From a bacterium (GTDB lineage: Bacteria > Electryoneota > JAOADG01): a stretch of DNA of 64,000 bases. Under the pieces are notes generated by a model. The model ran no database searches, was not told where the DNA came from, and saw nothing but the letters and a program-made list of their open reading frames with translations. The DNA lies in contig JAOADG010000024.1 in the NCBI GenBank assembly GCA_026417415.1, forward strand, positions 11,678 to 75,677. The letters run 5' to 3'. The first letter of the stretch is position 1; every line of letters starts with the position of its first letter. Below are positions 1 to 9,385 of the stretch, piece after piece. The translations under genes and the position numbers were made by a program.

Positions 1-845
1 TCGTTGCATTGAACAAGCAGATAGAAGAGTTAAACAAAAAGATGGAGGAAATGAGCGAAGCACTTCCACCGCCCCATGTGGTTGCGAAAGGCGAATCGCA
101 TTTCCAAATTTGTTTAGATTATTTAACTAAAGAAGCAGGTTTTTCAAAAGACAGTGCAATCGCAGTATTAGAAAAAGTAGCACAATTTGACGAACTAATT
201 CCCGGTTTTTATGTATGGCATTTTATTGATAAAAAAACGGGGACTTATTTAACGACGGTTACTCAAGGGGAAGCCAAAATTTCACCCAATCAACTCAAGC
301 GTATCACCAAACGAAAAATCGCACAAGAACGTCAAGCGTTGCTTCAATCAAAATCTGAATTAGAAGCACAAGTAGCGGAATTAGAACAAAGAAAACAAAA
401 ACTGCAACGCCAGTTGGAAGCAATGGGTAAAGAACTCGGTGAGACCCAAGAACAGGTTCGTACCGTCACTGCAGAAAAAGAAAAAGTCACTCAAGAACGT
501 GAAGAACTCCAAACACGTTTGAATACTATGTACTATACCGTTGGTAGCGAAACAGAACTGAAAAAATCTGGTGCATTGAAACGCCCCTTTTTAGGAAAGT
601 TAAAAGAAGCTGATCTACAAAAAGTAGAGTACTCGAAATCTCAAGATTTATCTAAAACAAATATCGTTTGGATACGTGCAGAAGATGTACGACTAAATGC
701 CATCCAAAAGGTAACTGTTTATCCTACGGCGATGTATCAAATCAATCGGGATTACAAAGTGACTATTGAAGGCAAACAAGCCAAAGTTGAAATCATTAAC
801 CTTGATCGTTTCAAAGGCGCAAACGTAATTTTTGCTGTTCAATAA
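1..845 (+). CDS. Coiled-coil hypothetical protein, probably 5'-truncated by the window edge
   Basis: ORF 9..845 begins at a TTG near the window edge. It has a long heptad-rich E/Q/K/L segment, a C-terminal beta-rich domain, and a terminator after it. Confidence 0.7.
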   Translation, partial: VALNKQIEELNKKMEEMSEALPPPHVVAKGESHFQICLDYLTKEAGFSKDSAIAVLEKVAQFDELIPGFYVWHFIDKKTGTYLTTVTQGEAKISPNQLKRITKRKIAQERQALLQSKSELEAQVAELEQRKQKLQRQLEAMGKELGETQEQVRTVTAEKEKVTQEREELQTRLNTMYYTVGSETELKKSGALKRPFLGKLKEADLQKVEYSKSQDLSKTNIVWIRAEDVRLNAIQKVTVYPTAMYQINRDYKVTIEGKQAKVEIINLDRFKGANVIFAVQ

Positions 846-868
846 CATTGTTGTAACTTTACGAAATG

Positions 869-895
869 AAACAGGGGATTTGTCCCCTGTTTTTT
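869..895 (+). terminator. Intrinsic terminator
   Basis: AAACAGGGGA-TTTG-TCCCCTGTTT hairpin followed by a T run. Confidence 0.8.
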
Positions 896-918
896 ACAAT
901 CGTTTATAGGAGTGAAAA

Positions 919-1638
919 ATGAATCATTTATTGAAAATACTCGTAGTAATCGTGCTTACAATCCATATGGGCTGTAAAGCCAAGCCGAAAGAGGAATCAA
1001 AAATGAACGAACCCAAACAAGCAAGCACCCAAGAACAAACCATTCAAAAAAACGAACCTTTTGAAGTCACTAAAATTAGCAAGATTGAAGCACCTGCCAA
1101 TCAAATGCCAAAGTCCGACTCGGTTGCTATTATTGATGTGGAAAATTATGGGAGAATAGTCATTGGTTTCTTTCCTAATAAAGCACCTGAGCATGTGAAG
1201 AATTTTATCAAATTGGCAAAAGAAGGTTTTTACAATGGATGTACATTCCATCGGATCATTCCAGGTTTTATGATTCAAGGAGGTGATCCTAACAGTAAAG
1301 ACGATGATCCTACCAATGATGGGATGGGTGGTCCGCCACATCGTTTGAAAGCAGAATTTAATGATTTGAAGCATTTACCCGGTACTTTATCTATGGCAAG
1401 AACTATGGATCCTAACAGTGCCGGAAGTCAATTCTTTATTATGCACAAAGCAGCACCCCATTTAGATAAACAGTACTCAATCTTTGGGCAGGTACTAAGT
1501 GGAATGGATGTAGTGGATAAAATTGCAAATGCTCCACGCGGTTCAAATGATAATCCTTTTGCAATGGATAGCCCAAAAAGACAGAAAATAATCATGAAAG
1601 TTCATATCGTACCGTGGTCAGAAGTAGTTCCAGAATAA
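919..1638 (+). CDS. Cyclophilin-type peptidyl-prolyl cis-trans isomerase, putative lipoprotein
   Basis: Motifs FHRIIPGFMIQGGD, LSMAR, SAGSQFFI and HLDKQYSIFGQV; N-terminal hydrophobic stretch ending in MGC; GGAG RBS. Confidence 0.95.
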   Translation: MNHLLKILVVIVLTIHMGCKAKPKEESKMNEPKQASTQEQTIQKNEPFEVTKISKIEAPANQMPKSDSVAIIDVENYGRIVIGFFPNKAPEHVKNFIKLAKEGFYNGCTFHRIIPGFMIQGGDPNSKDDDPTNDGMGGPPHRLKAEFNDLKHLPGTLSMARTMDPNSAGSQFFIMHKAAPHLDKQYSIFGQVLSGMDVVDKIANAPRGSNDNPFAMDSPKRQKIIMKVHIVPWSEVVPE

Positions 1639-1645
1639 GATGAAA

Positions 1646-1671
1646 GAAAAGGGGCGTAAATGCCCCTTTTC
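1646..1671 (+). terminator. Intrinsic terminator
   Basis: GAAAAGGGGCG-TAAA-TGCCCCTTTTC hairpin. Confidence 0.7.
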
Positions 1672-1685
1672 ATTCCCTACGATCT

Positions 1686-2468
1686 ATGAAACATAAACCT
1701 TTAAGCAAACAAGCGCAAAAAGAAACCACCTCGTTGCTTGTTAAAAAATATCGACTTCAAAAAAATCAGACCTTAGCTGAAGGGTCTGTAGTTGTTAAAG
1801 AAGCACTAAATTCCAACTGGGTAATCCATAAGATTATTGTTACTCAATCATGGCTTAAAACCAAAGAAACCCATGAACTTTTCCCACTTTTTTCAAAAAG
1901 AGGAGTGATATTCGAAACCATTGAGGATGAATTTGCAAAAAAAATTAGTGATTTGAAAACTCCTCCCCATGTATTTGCTATTCTTTCCCCTCCTGAAACT
2001 CAGAATGTCCCCAATCAGGGTTTGATTATAGCATTGGATCGGATCGCAGATCCAAACAATTTAGGAGCGATAGCAAGAAATGCTGTATTCTTCGGGGTTC
2101 AACAGATATGGCTCTCCGAAAATTGCGTAGATTACCTTAATCCGAAAGCGATAAGAAGTTCAATGGGTGGCCTTTTTCATTTATCAATTACGGTTCAGAA
2201 ATCTTTAGCGAATGCTTTAGTGGAAGCGAAAAAAAAGGGGAAAAAAATTGTCGTAGCAGATGCTAATCAAGGGACCAATGAAACCAATTTAGTTCAACCG
2301 AATCAAACTATCTTAGTTCTCGGAAGTGAATCTCAAGGTGTAACCAATTCTATTCTTGAAATTGCTGATATACGATGGAAAATTTCACCTTTAGGGCGTG
2401 ATCTATCCTTAAATGTCGCTGCGACGTCTGCGATTTTGTTAGATCGTTTACTGTCTAAATACCAATAA
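1686..2468 (+). CDS. TrmH/SpoU family RNA methyltransferase
   Basis: SPOUT motifs DPNNLGAIARNA, VLGSESQGV and SLNVA. Confidence 0.92.
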   Translation: MKHKPLSKQAQKETTSLLVKKYRLQKNQTLAEGSVVVKEALNSNWVIHKIIVTQSWLKTKETHELFPLFSKRGVIFETIEDEFAKKISDLKTPPHVFAILSPPETQNVPNQGLIIALDRIADPNNLGAIARNAVFFGVQQIWLSENCVDYLNPKAIRSSMGGLFHLSITVQKSLANALVEAKKKGKKIVVADANQGTNETNLVQPNQTILVLGSESQGVTNSILEIADIRWKISPLGRDLSLNVAATSAILLDRLLSKYQ

Positions 2469-2469
2469 A

Positions 2470-2676
2470 TTAACCTAATCGCTTTACCGCATCTCGTACT
2501 GCTTCTACAATGGTTTCACGAGTAGGTGTGATGCCTAAAATGCTTTTACAATTGGAACAGCGTACAATAGCCACGGTAAATGCACCACCACTGGATGGTA
2601 GGTTACGAGCTTCTGATTCAATCCCGTGATTTTCTTTACAAAATGGACATATGCCTGTAAGGGGTAAACTAAACAT
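2470..2676 (-). CDS. Small zinc-ribbon-like protein
   Basis: 68 aa with CPFC...CSNC; AAAGGA RBS; starts 12 nt after the sua5 stop. Confidence 0.7.
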   Translation of the reverse strand: MFSLPLTGICPFCKENHGIESEARNLPSSGGAFTVAIVRCSNCKSILGITPTRETIVEAVRDAVKRLG

Positions 2677-2688
2677 ACAAATCCTTTC

Positions 2689-3651
2689 TTAATGGGACGA
2701 TGCACGTTCTAAACGGTCATTGATCGCACGGCCAATACCGATGTTAGGAACTTTGATTGCCACCACCAATGGCAACTCCAATGTATCCAATTCGTGTAAT
2801 ATAGAAAAAAATTGTTTTGCCATCTCTTGTAAATCGTTGGTTGAAGAAAGAATACGTGTAACCATTTGATGATCATCAAGAAACTTGAATTCCATTGGAC
2901 TTGGTAAAAGAAGTCCGAATCGTTTTGGTAATGGTAGTGTTTTCAAATCATTCAAATTTTCTATTACCATAAGAGGCGTATTCGGCGAATAGTGATGTTT
3001 GAGTTGACCGGGTGATTTGGGATTAGATGAAGCCACGATATCTTCTTGTACTTTTCCTAAAACCGCTTCAATTGCCTCAGTGCTTATACCACCGCGTCTT
3101 AAAATAGTTGGCGGTTCTGTGGTGATATCCAAAATGGTTGATTCGATTCCCACACTACTGGATGGTCCTTTCAGAATGAAAACACGATCACCAAAATTTT
3201 TAAATACATGTTCAAAATGTGTAGGAGATAATTTTCCAAACAAATTGGCAGAAGGTGCTGCAACAGGACCACCAAATTCTTGTAACAAAAGTTGAGCAAT
3301 ATCATTTGCAGGGATTCGGATAGCCACAGTATCTAAGCCAGAGGTGACTAAATCCGGTATGATGGGCTTTTTTTTACAAACTAAAGATAAGGGACCAGGT
3401 AGAAAATGTTTAGCTAATGTGTTTACCAGTTCTTCTTGAAATTCAGCATAATCGCTCATTTGATTCACATTTTGTAGATGCACAATAAGTGGATCAAATT
3501 TTGGCCGTTGTTTGAGTTCAAAGATCTTTAGGACAGCATTAGGATTAAGAGCATCAGCCCCCAAACCATAAACTGTTTCGGTGGGAAAAGCGACCACTTC
3601 ACCTTGTCGTAATAAATGTGCAGCATAAACAATGTCTGAATAAATACGCAT
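2689..3651 (-). CDS. sua5: L-threonylcarbamoyladenylate synthase (Sua5 type, with C-terminal SUA5 domain)
   Basis: Motifs PTETVYGLGA, KQRP, APSAN, SPGQLKHHYSP and AINDRLERA. Confidence 0.95.
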   Translation of the reverse strand: MRIYSDIVYAAHLLRQGEVVAFPTETVYGLGADALNPNAVLKIFELKQRPKFDPLIVHLQNVNQMSDYAEFQEELVNTLAKHFLPGPLSLVCKKKPIIPDLVTSGLDTVAIRIPANDIAQLLLQEFGGPVAAPSANLFGKLSPTHFEHVFKNFGDRVFILKGPSSSVGIESTILDITTEPPTILRRGGISTEAIEAVLGKVQEDIVASSNPKSPGQLKHHYSPNTPLMVIENLNDLKTLPLPKRFGLLLPSPMEFKFLDDHQMVTRILSSTNDLQEMAKQFFSILHELDTLELPLVVAIKVPNIGIGRAINDRLERASSH

Positions 3652-3842
3652 GGGAAAAGCATTTTCGTTTCAATTATCTGCAATAGTTAAATACTATTGA
3701 ATCTATTATCCTTTTACTCTACGAACTTAAAATGATAGACAAAATGAAACAAGAAGAAACCAAATGCTATTTTATTCTTTAGTCATTTTCCGACACGAAT
3801 CAAAAAATAAAAGTGCAGAGTAGTTTCTAACCTACAATCCGA

Positions 3843-4628
3843 TTATACCTTATGAAACCGGTTGATGAGCATTTCACCGCCGTTTGGACAAGGTGCAATT
3901 TGAAAGTCAAAAAATAAATTTGGTGCAATGTGTTGTAAATTTTTGAAAACTAAAATGGCTAACTTCCGTATTTCGGGTTCAGCACCTTCACTTCCACGTA
4001 ACTCAAGAAAATGTCGCCAAGCACGTGCATTTGCAGTAACAACGATTTTGGTCTCCGTGGCGTTTGGTAAAACACTTCGGGCGGCTTGTCTTGCTAATTT
4101 TCGTTTATCTGTTTTAGTTAGGTCAGGACGTTCTTTGTCAATTTTTTCAGTGATTGCTTTAGAAAGATGAATATAAGCCGCTTGAGCAGATTCTATCGCT
4201 TTTTCAAAAATACGAAAAAGTTCTGGATCCTCTGCAATGATGTCTGGGACAACAAATTCAGTTTCAGATTCATCTACATAACGTTGTGACAATTGGGAGT
4301 ATCCAAAACCTGCTCGATGTCTAACCAATTCGTGCGTTAAGGAGCGTGAAACTCCTGTGAAAAGAAACGTAAAAGAAGCATGCTCCAGGACCGATCCGTG
4401 TGCACTATCAAGGATATGTTCCAGATATTCTTTGTTCGTTTTACGTCCTTGTTTATTGCCAAAAGATTGATAACAGATTCGACCTGAAAATTCAGACAAT
4501 TTTTCTGCATCAGAGGTGGCATCAGTATTCCATGAATCTGCTTCTTTTTCCAAAAAATCTTGAATGTTGGCTTGATGTAAACTGCTAAACGCAATTAGCC
4601 GAACGCGAGGTACTTGGTTAAATTTCAC
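3843..4628 (-). CDS. thyX: FAD-dependent thymidylate synthase
   Basis: ThyX motif RHRAGFGYSQLSQRY, plus HGSVLEH and ARSVLPNAT; GTG start with GGAG RBS. Confidence 0.95.
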   Translation of the reverse strand: MKFNQVPRVRLIAFSSLHQANIQDFLEKEADSWNTDATSDAEKLSEFSGRICYQSFGNKQGRKTNKEYLEHILDSAHGSVLEHASFTFLFTGVSRSLTHELVRHRAGFGYSQLSQRYVDESETEFVVPDIIAEDPELFRIFEKAIESAQAAYIHLSKAITEKIDKERPDLTKTDKRKLARQAARSVLPNATETKIVVTANARAWRHFLELRGSEGAEPEIRKLAILVFKNLQHIAPNLFFDFQIAPCPNGGEMLINRFHKV

Positions 4629-4752
4629 AGATGCTCCTAAAAACGATTTAGAAGAAAAATAAACTTTGGTGAAACCAATTTATAGAATGGAATCGAAATT
4701 GTAAATCGTTTAAAAAGTGAACTAACTTAAATAAAGAAATCAAAGGACGAAA

Positions 4753-7554
4753 ATGAAACGACTCATGCTCATTGATGCAATGGCTTCCCTTTATCGCAGT
4801 TACTTTGCCATGGCAAAAAATCCTCTTACTGATGCACGTGGAATGAACGTTGCCGCATTATTTGGATTTATGAATACACTCTTATCACTTCTTGAAAAAG
4901 AAAAACCTGATTTTTTAGCCGTATGTACAGATTCTTCTGAACCTACTTTCCGACATCAAATGTTTTCTGAATATAAAGCAACTCGTGATGTAATGCCGGA
5001 TGAATTACAGCTTCAAGTACCATACCTATACAATTTACTGAAGGCAATGAATATCAAAGTTTTACAATCACAAGGTTATGAAGCGGACGACATTATCGCA
5101 ACCATCGTCAATCTACTACCGAAACATGAATGGGAAATCATTATTGTTTCGGGTGATAAAGATTTGGTCCAGTTGTTACAAGACAATGTCCGAATCCTGT
5201 CACCCGATAGAAAAACAGCTGGCGTATGGAATGAGGTGACGAAAGAAAAAGTAATTGAAAAGTTTGGAGTACCACCAGAACAATTGAAAGATTGGTTAGC
5301 CATTGTCGGAGATACCAGCGATAATGTTCCGGGCATACCCAAGTTAGGACCCAAAGCAGCAACAGACCTACTGAAACAATACGGTAATTTAGAAAACATT
5401 CTTCAAAATGCACATACCATTGACAAAAAAGGTTGGAAAGAAACCCTATTAGAAAATGTTGAACAAGCGAAACTTTCTAAATCGTTAGTAGAATTGGTTG
5501 CTAATGTTCCTCTTGAAATTTCCCCAACAGAACTTACTTTTGGACCTTTTAGCGGTGACGAACTTAGAGATCAATTAAACAAACTTGGTTTTCGTTCTAT
5601 CTTAAAAAAGGTAATGTGCAATGAGAGTTCGTCTCATCAAGAACAAAGAAATTATCAACTGATTACTACGATTTCCCAGTTGGATGAAGTAATCCAACAG
5701 CTGGAACAGGCAAATATCGCAGCCATTGATACTGAAACCACAAGTGCAGATCCTAACCGTGCAATCTTAGTAGCAATTTCAATAAGTGTGAATGAAAGGC
5801 AAGGGTGGTGCATTCACCTTCCTTCTTTTCAAAATGAGAATCTTGGTCAACAACATGCTTCAAATGAAAACTTTTTAGAAGCACTTTTCCAAGAAAATTA
5901 TGAAGCGGTAAAAATTGACCCATCTGATCCGTATCCTGCACAAAGATTGGTTTTAACCAAATTAAAACCTTGGTTGGAAAACGAATCCAAACTTAAATGT
6001 GGTCAAAACATCAAGTATGACCACATTGTACTTTCTCGCGCTGGAATAGAGGTAAAAGGATGGGCAGCGGATACAATGTTAATGAGTTATCTTATAGATC
6101 CCCTAAGTAGAAGTCACGGCTTGGATGTTCTTTCGCAAAAGTATTTATCCTTACCAAAAATTCCGATTACTGCTTTACTCAATAGCGGAAAATCACCAAA
6201 GACAATGGACCAAGTACCTAAGGAGTTGTTGGTCAATTATGCTTGTGAAGATGCGGATTACACCAGAAGATTATTTTTCATTCTTAAAGAAAAACTAATT
6301 GAACAGGATTTGCAGAAACTGCATGATGAAATAGAATTGCCATTGGCTTTAGTATTAGCGAAAATGGAAATTGTAGGGATAAAAGTTGATCGAGAGGTAC
6401 TAAAAAAATTATCTATTGAGTTTTCTCAAGAACAAAAAGAACTGGAAAAAGAAATTTTTAGATTGGTTGGTCATCCATTCAACCTATCCAGTCCTATTCA
6501 GTTATCAAAAGTACTATTTGAAGAATTACAATTAAAACCAGTTAAAAAAACAAAAACGGGTTATTCTACCAATGAAGAGGTTTTAGAAAAATTAGCAGAA
6601 CTCGATCCCACTGTACCAGTGCCCAAACTATTACTGCGCTACAGAATGTTAGCAAAATTATTAAACACTTACATTGATGCTTTACCAAAAATTATCCATC
6701 CGATTACTCAAAGAGTTCATACCAACTTTAACCAAGCAGTGACCGCAACAGGACGATTGTCCAGTACAGAACCAAATCTGCAAAACATACCAATTCGAAC
6801 GGAAGAAGGTGCAAAAATTAGGACAGCATTTGTCGCTGGATATCCGAATTGGAAATTGATTTCTGCAGATTATTCTCAAATTGAATTAAGAATAATGGCA
6901 CATTTATCCCAAGATGAGACCTTAATTCAAGCATTTCATCAAGGACAAGACATTCATACCTTAACCGCATCAAAAGTGTACAATGTACCCATTGAAGAAG
7001 TTACTCCAGCCATGAGGCGAAGTGCGAAAGCTGTGAATTTTGGGATGATATACGGTCAAACCGATTTTGGTCTATCTACTACCTTGGATATTCCATTAGA
7101 AGAGGCACAATCCTTTCGCAATCAGTATTTCCAAACATATCCCGGTGTGCAAGAATACATGCAGAAAACCATTGCTTTTGCTCGAGAAAAAAATTATGTA
7201 CAGACCATGTTTAATCGTAAAAGGGCTATCCCTGAGATCAATTCTGATCAAAGAGTTGCCAGAGAGTTTGCAGAGCGTACTGCCATCAATACACCTATAC
7301 AAGGAACTGCTGCAGATATAATCAAAGTTGCAATGATACGATTGGACCAAGCATTTGAAAAAGAGCGAAAACAAAATGGATTGAAAGCACAACTTCTCTT
7401 GCAAGTACATGACGAATTGCTTTTTGAAGCCCCGTCAGAGGAGATTGAATGGGTGACGAAAATGGTAAAAGAGTGTATGGAAAATGTAATTGAATTATCA
7501 GTCCCCTTGGTTGTGGACATTGGAATAGGCAATAATTGGTTGGAAGCACATTAA
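4753..7554 (+). CDS. polA: DNA polymerase I
   Basis: 5'-3' exonuclease (EADD, SGDKD, GDTSDN), 3'-5' exonuclease (DTET, YACEDAD), polymerase motifs (DYSQIELR, KAVNFGMIYG, QVHDEL). Confidence 0.98.
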   Translation: MKRLMLIDAMASLYRSYFAMAKNPLTDARGMNVAALFGFMNTLLSLLEKEKPDFLAVCTDSSEPTFRHQMFSEYKATRDVMPDELQLQVPYLYNLLKAMNIKVLQSQGYEADDIIATIVNLLPKHEWEIIIVSGDKDLVQLLQDNVRILSPDRKTAGVWNEVTKEKVIEKFGVPPEQLKDWLAIVGDTSDNVPGIPKLGPKAATDLLKQYGNLENILQNAHTIDKKGWKETLLENVEQAKLSKSLVELVANVPLEISPTELTFGPFSGDELRDQLNKLGFRSILKKVMCNESSSHQEQRNYQLITTISQLDEVIQQLEQANIAAIDTETTSADPNRAILVAISISVNERQGWCIHLPSFQNENLGQQHASNENFLEALFQENYEAVKIDPSDPYPAQRLVLTKLKPWLENESKLKCGQNIKYDHIVLSRAGIEVKGWAADTMLMSYLIDPLSRSHGLDVLSQKYLSLPKIPITALLNSGKSPKTMDQVPKELLVNYACEDADYTRRLFFILKEKLIEQDLQKLHDEIELPLALVLAKMEIVGIKVDREVLKKLSIEFSQEQKELEKEIFRLVGHPFNLSSPIQLSKVLFEELQLKPVKKTKTGYSTNEEVLEKLAELDPTVPVPKLLLRYRMLAKLLNTYIDALPKIIHPITQRVHTNFNQAVTATGRLSSTEPNLQNIPIRTEEGAKIRTAFVAGYPNWKLISADYSQIELRIMAHLSQDETLIQAFHQGQDIHTLTASKVYNVPIEEVTPAMRRSAKAVNFGMIYGQTDFGLSTTLDIPLEEAQSFRNQYFQTYPGVQEYMQKTIAFAREKNYVQTMFNRKRAIPEINSDQRVAREFAERTAINTPIQGTAADIIKVAMIRLDQAFEKERKQNGLKAQLLLQVHDELLFEAPSEEIEWVTKMVKECMENVIELSVPLVVDIGIGNNWLEAH

Positions 7555-7620
7555 CAAGTTTGCATTTTACTACTTCTGCATTTACGTTATTAAAAACTAT
7601 CCTATGAAAAAGGAGATATT

Positions 7621-7989
7621 ATGCCTTTAACTGCGATGACGGGTGGAAACGAATCCCTGTTTGCAAGAATACCGTGGATAATTGCGAGGCAGGTACGACG
7701 ATACAAGGGCTATCCTTTCTTAGTAGAAAGAGATGCTACAGGAAAAATTACCAATATTATCGGAAAGATGAAAATTATACCGATGCAAGGTGTAGAAGGG
7801 CTGATCAAAGATGGACGAGATGTACGAACCTATCGTGGAAGAATTGTACTAATCATCCGTTTAGGTTCATCTGAACAAAAGGAATTTATGATTTCTGAAA
7901 TGAATGAAGAGATCGAAAGAATGAGAAGAAAACAGAGAGTCACAGCCACACAACCACCACCCAAATCAACTGCTGTAACCGATGATTAA
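7621..7989 (+). CDS. Hypothetical protein
   Basis: 122 aa ORF with a strong AAGGAG RBS and ATG start, followed by a terminator; no family recognised. Confidence 0.75.
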   Translation: MPLTAMTGGNESLFARIPWIIARQVRRYKGYPFLVERDATGKITNIIGKMKIIPMQGVEGLIKDGRDVRTYRGRIVLIIRLGSSEQKEFMISEMNEEIERMRRKQRVTATQPPPKSTAVTDD

Positions 7990-8016
7990 AAGATTTGAGA
8001 AAAAATCAAAGAAAAT

Positions 8017-8040
8017 GGGCGCAAAATGCGCCCCTTTTTT
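8017..8040. terminator. Bidirectional intrinsic terminator between the hypothetical gene and tRNA-Ser
   Basis: GGGCGCA-AAA-TGCGCCC flanked by an A run and a T run. Confidence 0.75.
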
Positions 8041-8041
8041 G

Positions 8042-8127
8042 CGGAGAGTGAGGGATTCGAACCCCCGGTAGGCGAAGCCTACAACGGTTTTCGAGACCGC
8101 CCCGTTCGACCACTCCGGCAACTCTCC
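8042..8127 (-). tRNA. tRNA-Ser, anticodon CGA
   Basis: Minus strand shows acceptor stem GGAGAGT/ACTCTCC with discriminator G, anticodon arm GCGGT-CTCGAAA-ACCGT, long variable arm GTAGGC-TTC-GCCTAC and T loop GTTCGAATC. CCA is not encoded. Confidence 0.97.
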
Positions 8128-8166
8128 TAAAATCAAAAGTATAGCGAAAATGATAATCAACTGCAA

Positions 8167-9312
8167 ATGAATGAATTCAAAGAACAGGAGAGGACGAGAT
8201 TGAAAGAAAGAAAATTTGTTCAAAGTGAACTGGTAAAGACGGATTGCTTGCATTACAAAGGTCATATTCCTTGTGCTCCACATAAACAACATAATGTACA
8301 CTGCTCCGATTGTACCCATTACCTTAAAACAAAAGGACATCTATTGGTAATAAAACTTGGAGCAATGGGTGATGTTATGCGAACAACTCCACTTCTTTTT
8401 CCAATACGAACTCATTATCCTCAGCATTTTATACACTGGATTACCGATTATCCCGAAGCATTACCCCGTGAACCATGGATTAATCGTGTATACAAATATG
8501 ATGCGAAAAGTGTGGTTACACTTTCCCAAATTTCTTTCGACAGTATCTATTGCTTGGATAAAGATATTGAAGCTGCTGCACTTGCCTCATCCTTGAAAGC
8601 CCATCAAGTATATGGTTACATCTTTGAAGAGGGTGCTGTTATCCCGTCAACAAAAAACATCAATTCATCTTCCATAGCAGCAGAGCAACACAAATGGATT
8701 ACAGGTCTTTTTGATGATATCAGTAAACAAAATCAATTGTCGTATCAAGAAGAAATTTTTCATATATCGGGCTGGGATTATCAAAAAGAAGAATACATAA
8801 TGCCTCCACTTAAGTCCTATGATTTTTCATTACCTCTGAATAAGAAAAAAGTAGGATTAAATACAGGTTGTGGGGGTAGGTGGTCCACCAGATTGTGGCC
8901 CTATGATTATTGGAAAAAATTAATTGAACTTTTACAGTATAACAATTTTGATCCGATCCTATTGGGTGGTCCAGAAGAGGATGAGAAAAATCAATCCTTA
9001 TCTAAGGAAACCGATACCGTCTATTTTGGAGTAATGCCGTTAGATCAATTTGATGCTTTAATTTCACAAATGGATATTGTGGTTACTGCAGTGACGATGG
9101 CATTACATCTTGCTATAGGTAGGAAAAGAAAAGTGATCGTATTGAACAACATTTTTAATAAAAATGAGTTTGAACTCTATGATCGAGGAGTCATTCTCGA
9201 ACCGGATCCTCCTTGTAAGTGCTATTATGCTACAACCTGTCCGTATGGTGGTTGTATGGATCGAATCTCTGTAGAAAGGGTGTTCCAATCTATCGTAAAC
9301 TTCATTGGTTAA
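8167..9312 (+). CDS. Glycosyltransferase family 9 (ADP-heptose:LPS heptosyltransferase-like)
   Basis: Motifs LVIKLGAMGDVMRTTPL, RLWP, LLGGPEE and ALHLA. The true start may be the TTG at 8200. Confidence 0.88.
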   Translation: MNEFKEQERTRLKERKFVQSELVKTDCLHYKGHIPCAPHKQHNVHCSDCTHYLKTKGHLLVIKLGAMGDVMRTTPLLFPIRTHYPQHFIHWITDYPEALPREPWINRVYKYDAKSVVTLSQISFDSIYCLDKDIEAAALASSLKAHQVYGYIFEEGAVIPSTKNINSSSIAAEQHKWITGLFDDISKQNQLSYQEEIFHISGWDYQKEEYIMPPLKSYDFSLPLNKKKVGLNTGCGGRWSTRLWPYDYWKKLIELLQYNNFDPILLGGPEEDEKNQSLSKETDTVYFGVMPLDQFDALISQMDIVVTAVTMALHLAIGRKRKVIVLNNIFNKNEFELYDRGVILEPDPPCKCYYATTCPYGGCMDRISVERVFQSIVNFIG

Positions 9313-9385
9313 CGATATGCAAAGATCATTTTATTGTATTGGTGGGAATTTCATTTTATTCAATGTCAATATCTAAGGAGAGATT

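Noticed and set aside
3681..3699. Palindrome CAATAGT-N5-ACTATTG upstream of sua5
   Set aside because: The arms are only 7 bp and AT-rich, it is single copy, and there is no supporting context.
5820..5950. Apparent insertion in the PolA 3'-5' exonuclease domain as a possible intein
   Set aside because: It is too short and lacks the intein splice-junction residues; it is most likely a variable loop.
7990..8127. tRNA-Ser as an integration site or as tRNA-Sec
   Set aside because: I saw no integrase or duplicated 3' end. The anticodon is CGA rather than UCA, and the acceptor stem is a normal 7 bp.
7966..8340. 124-aa minus-strand ORF
   Set aside because: It overlaps tRNA-Ser and the GT9 gene; it is the typical spurious translation of a tRNA.
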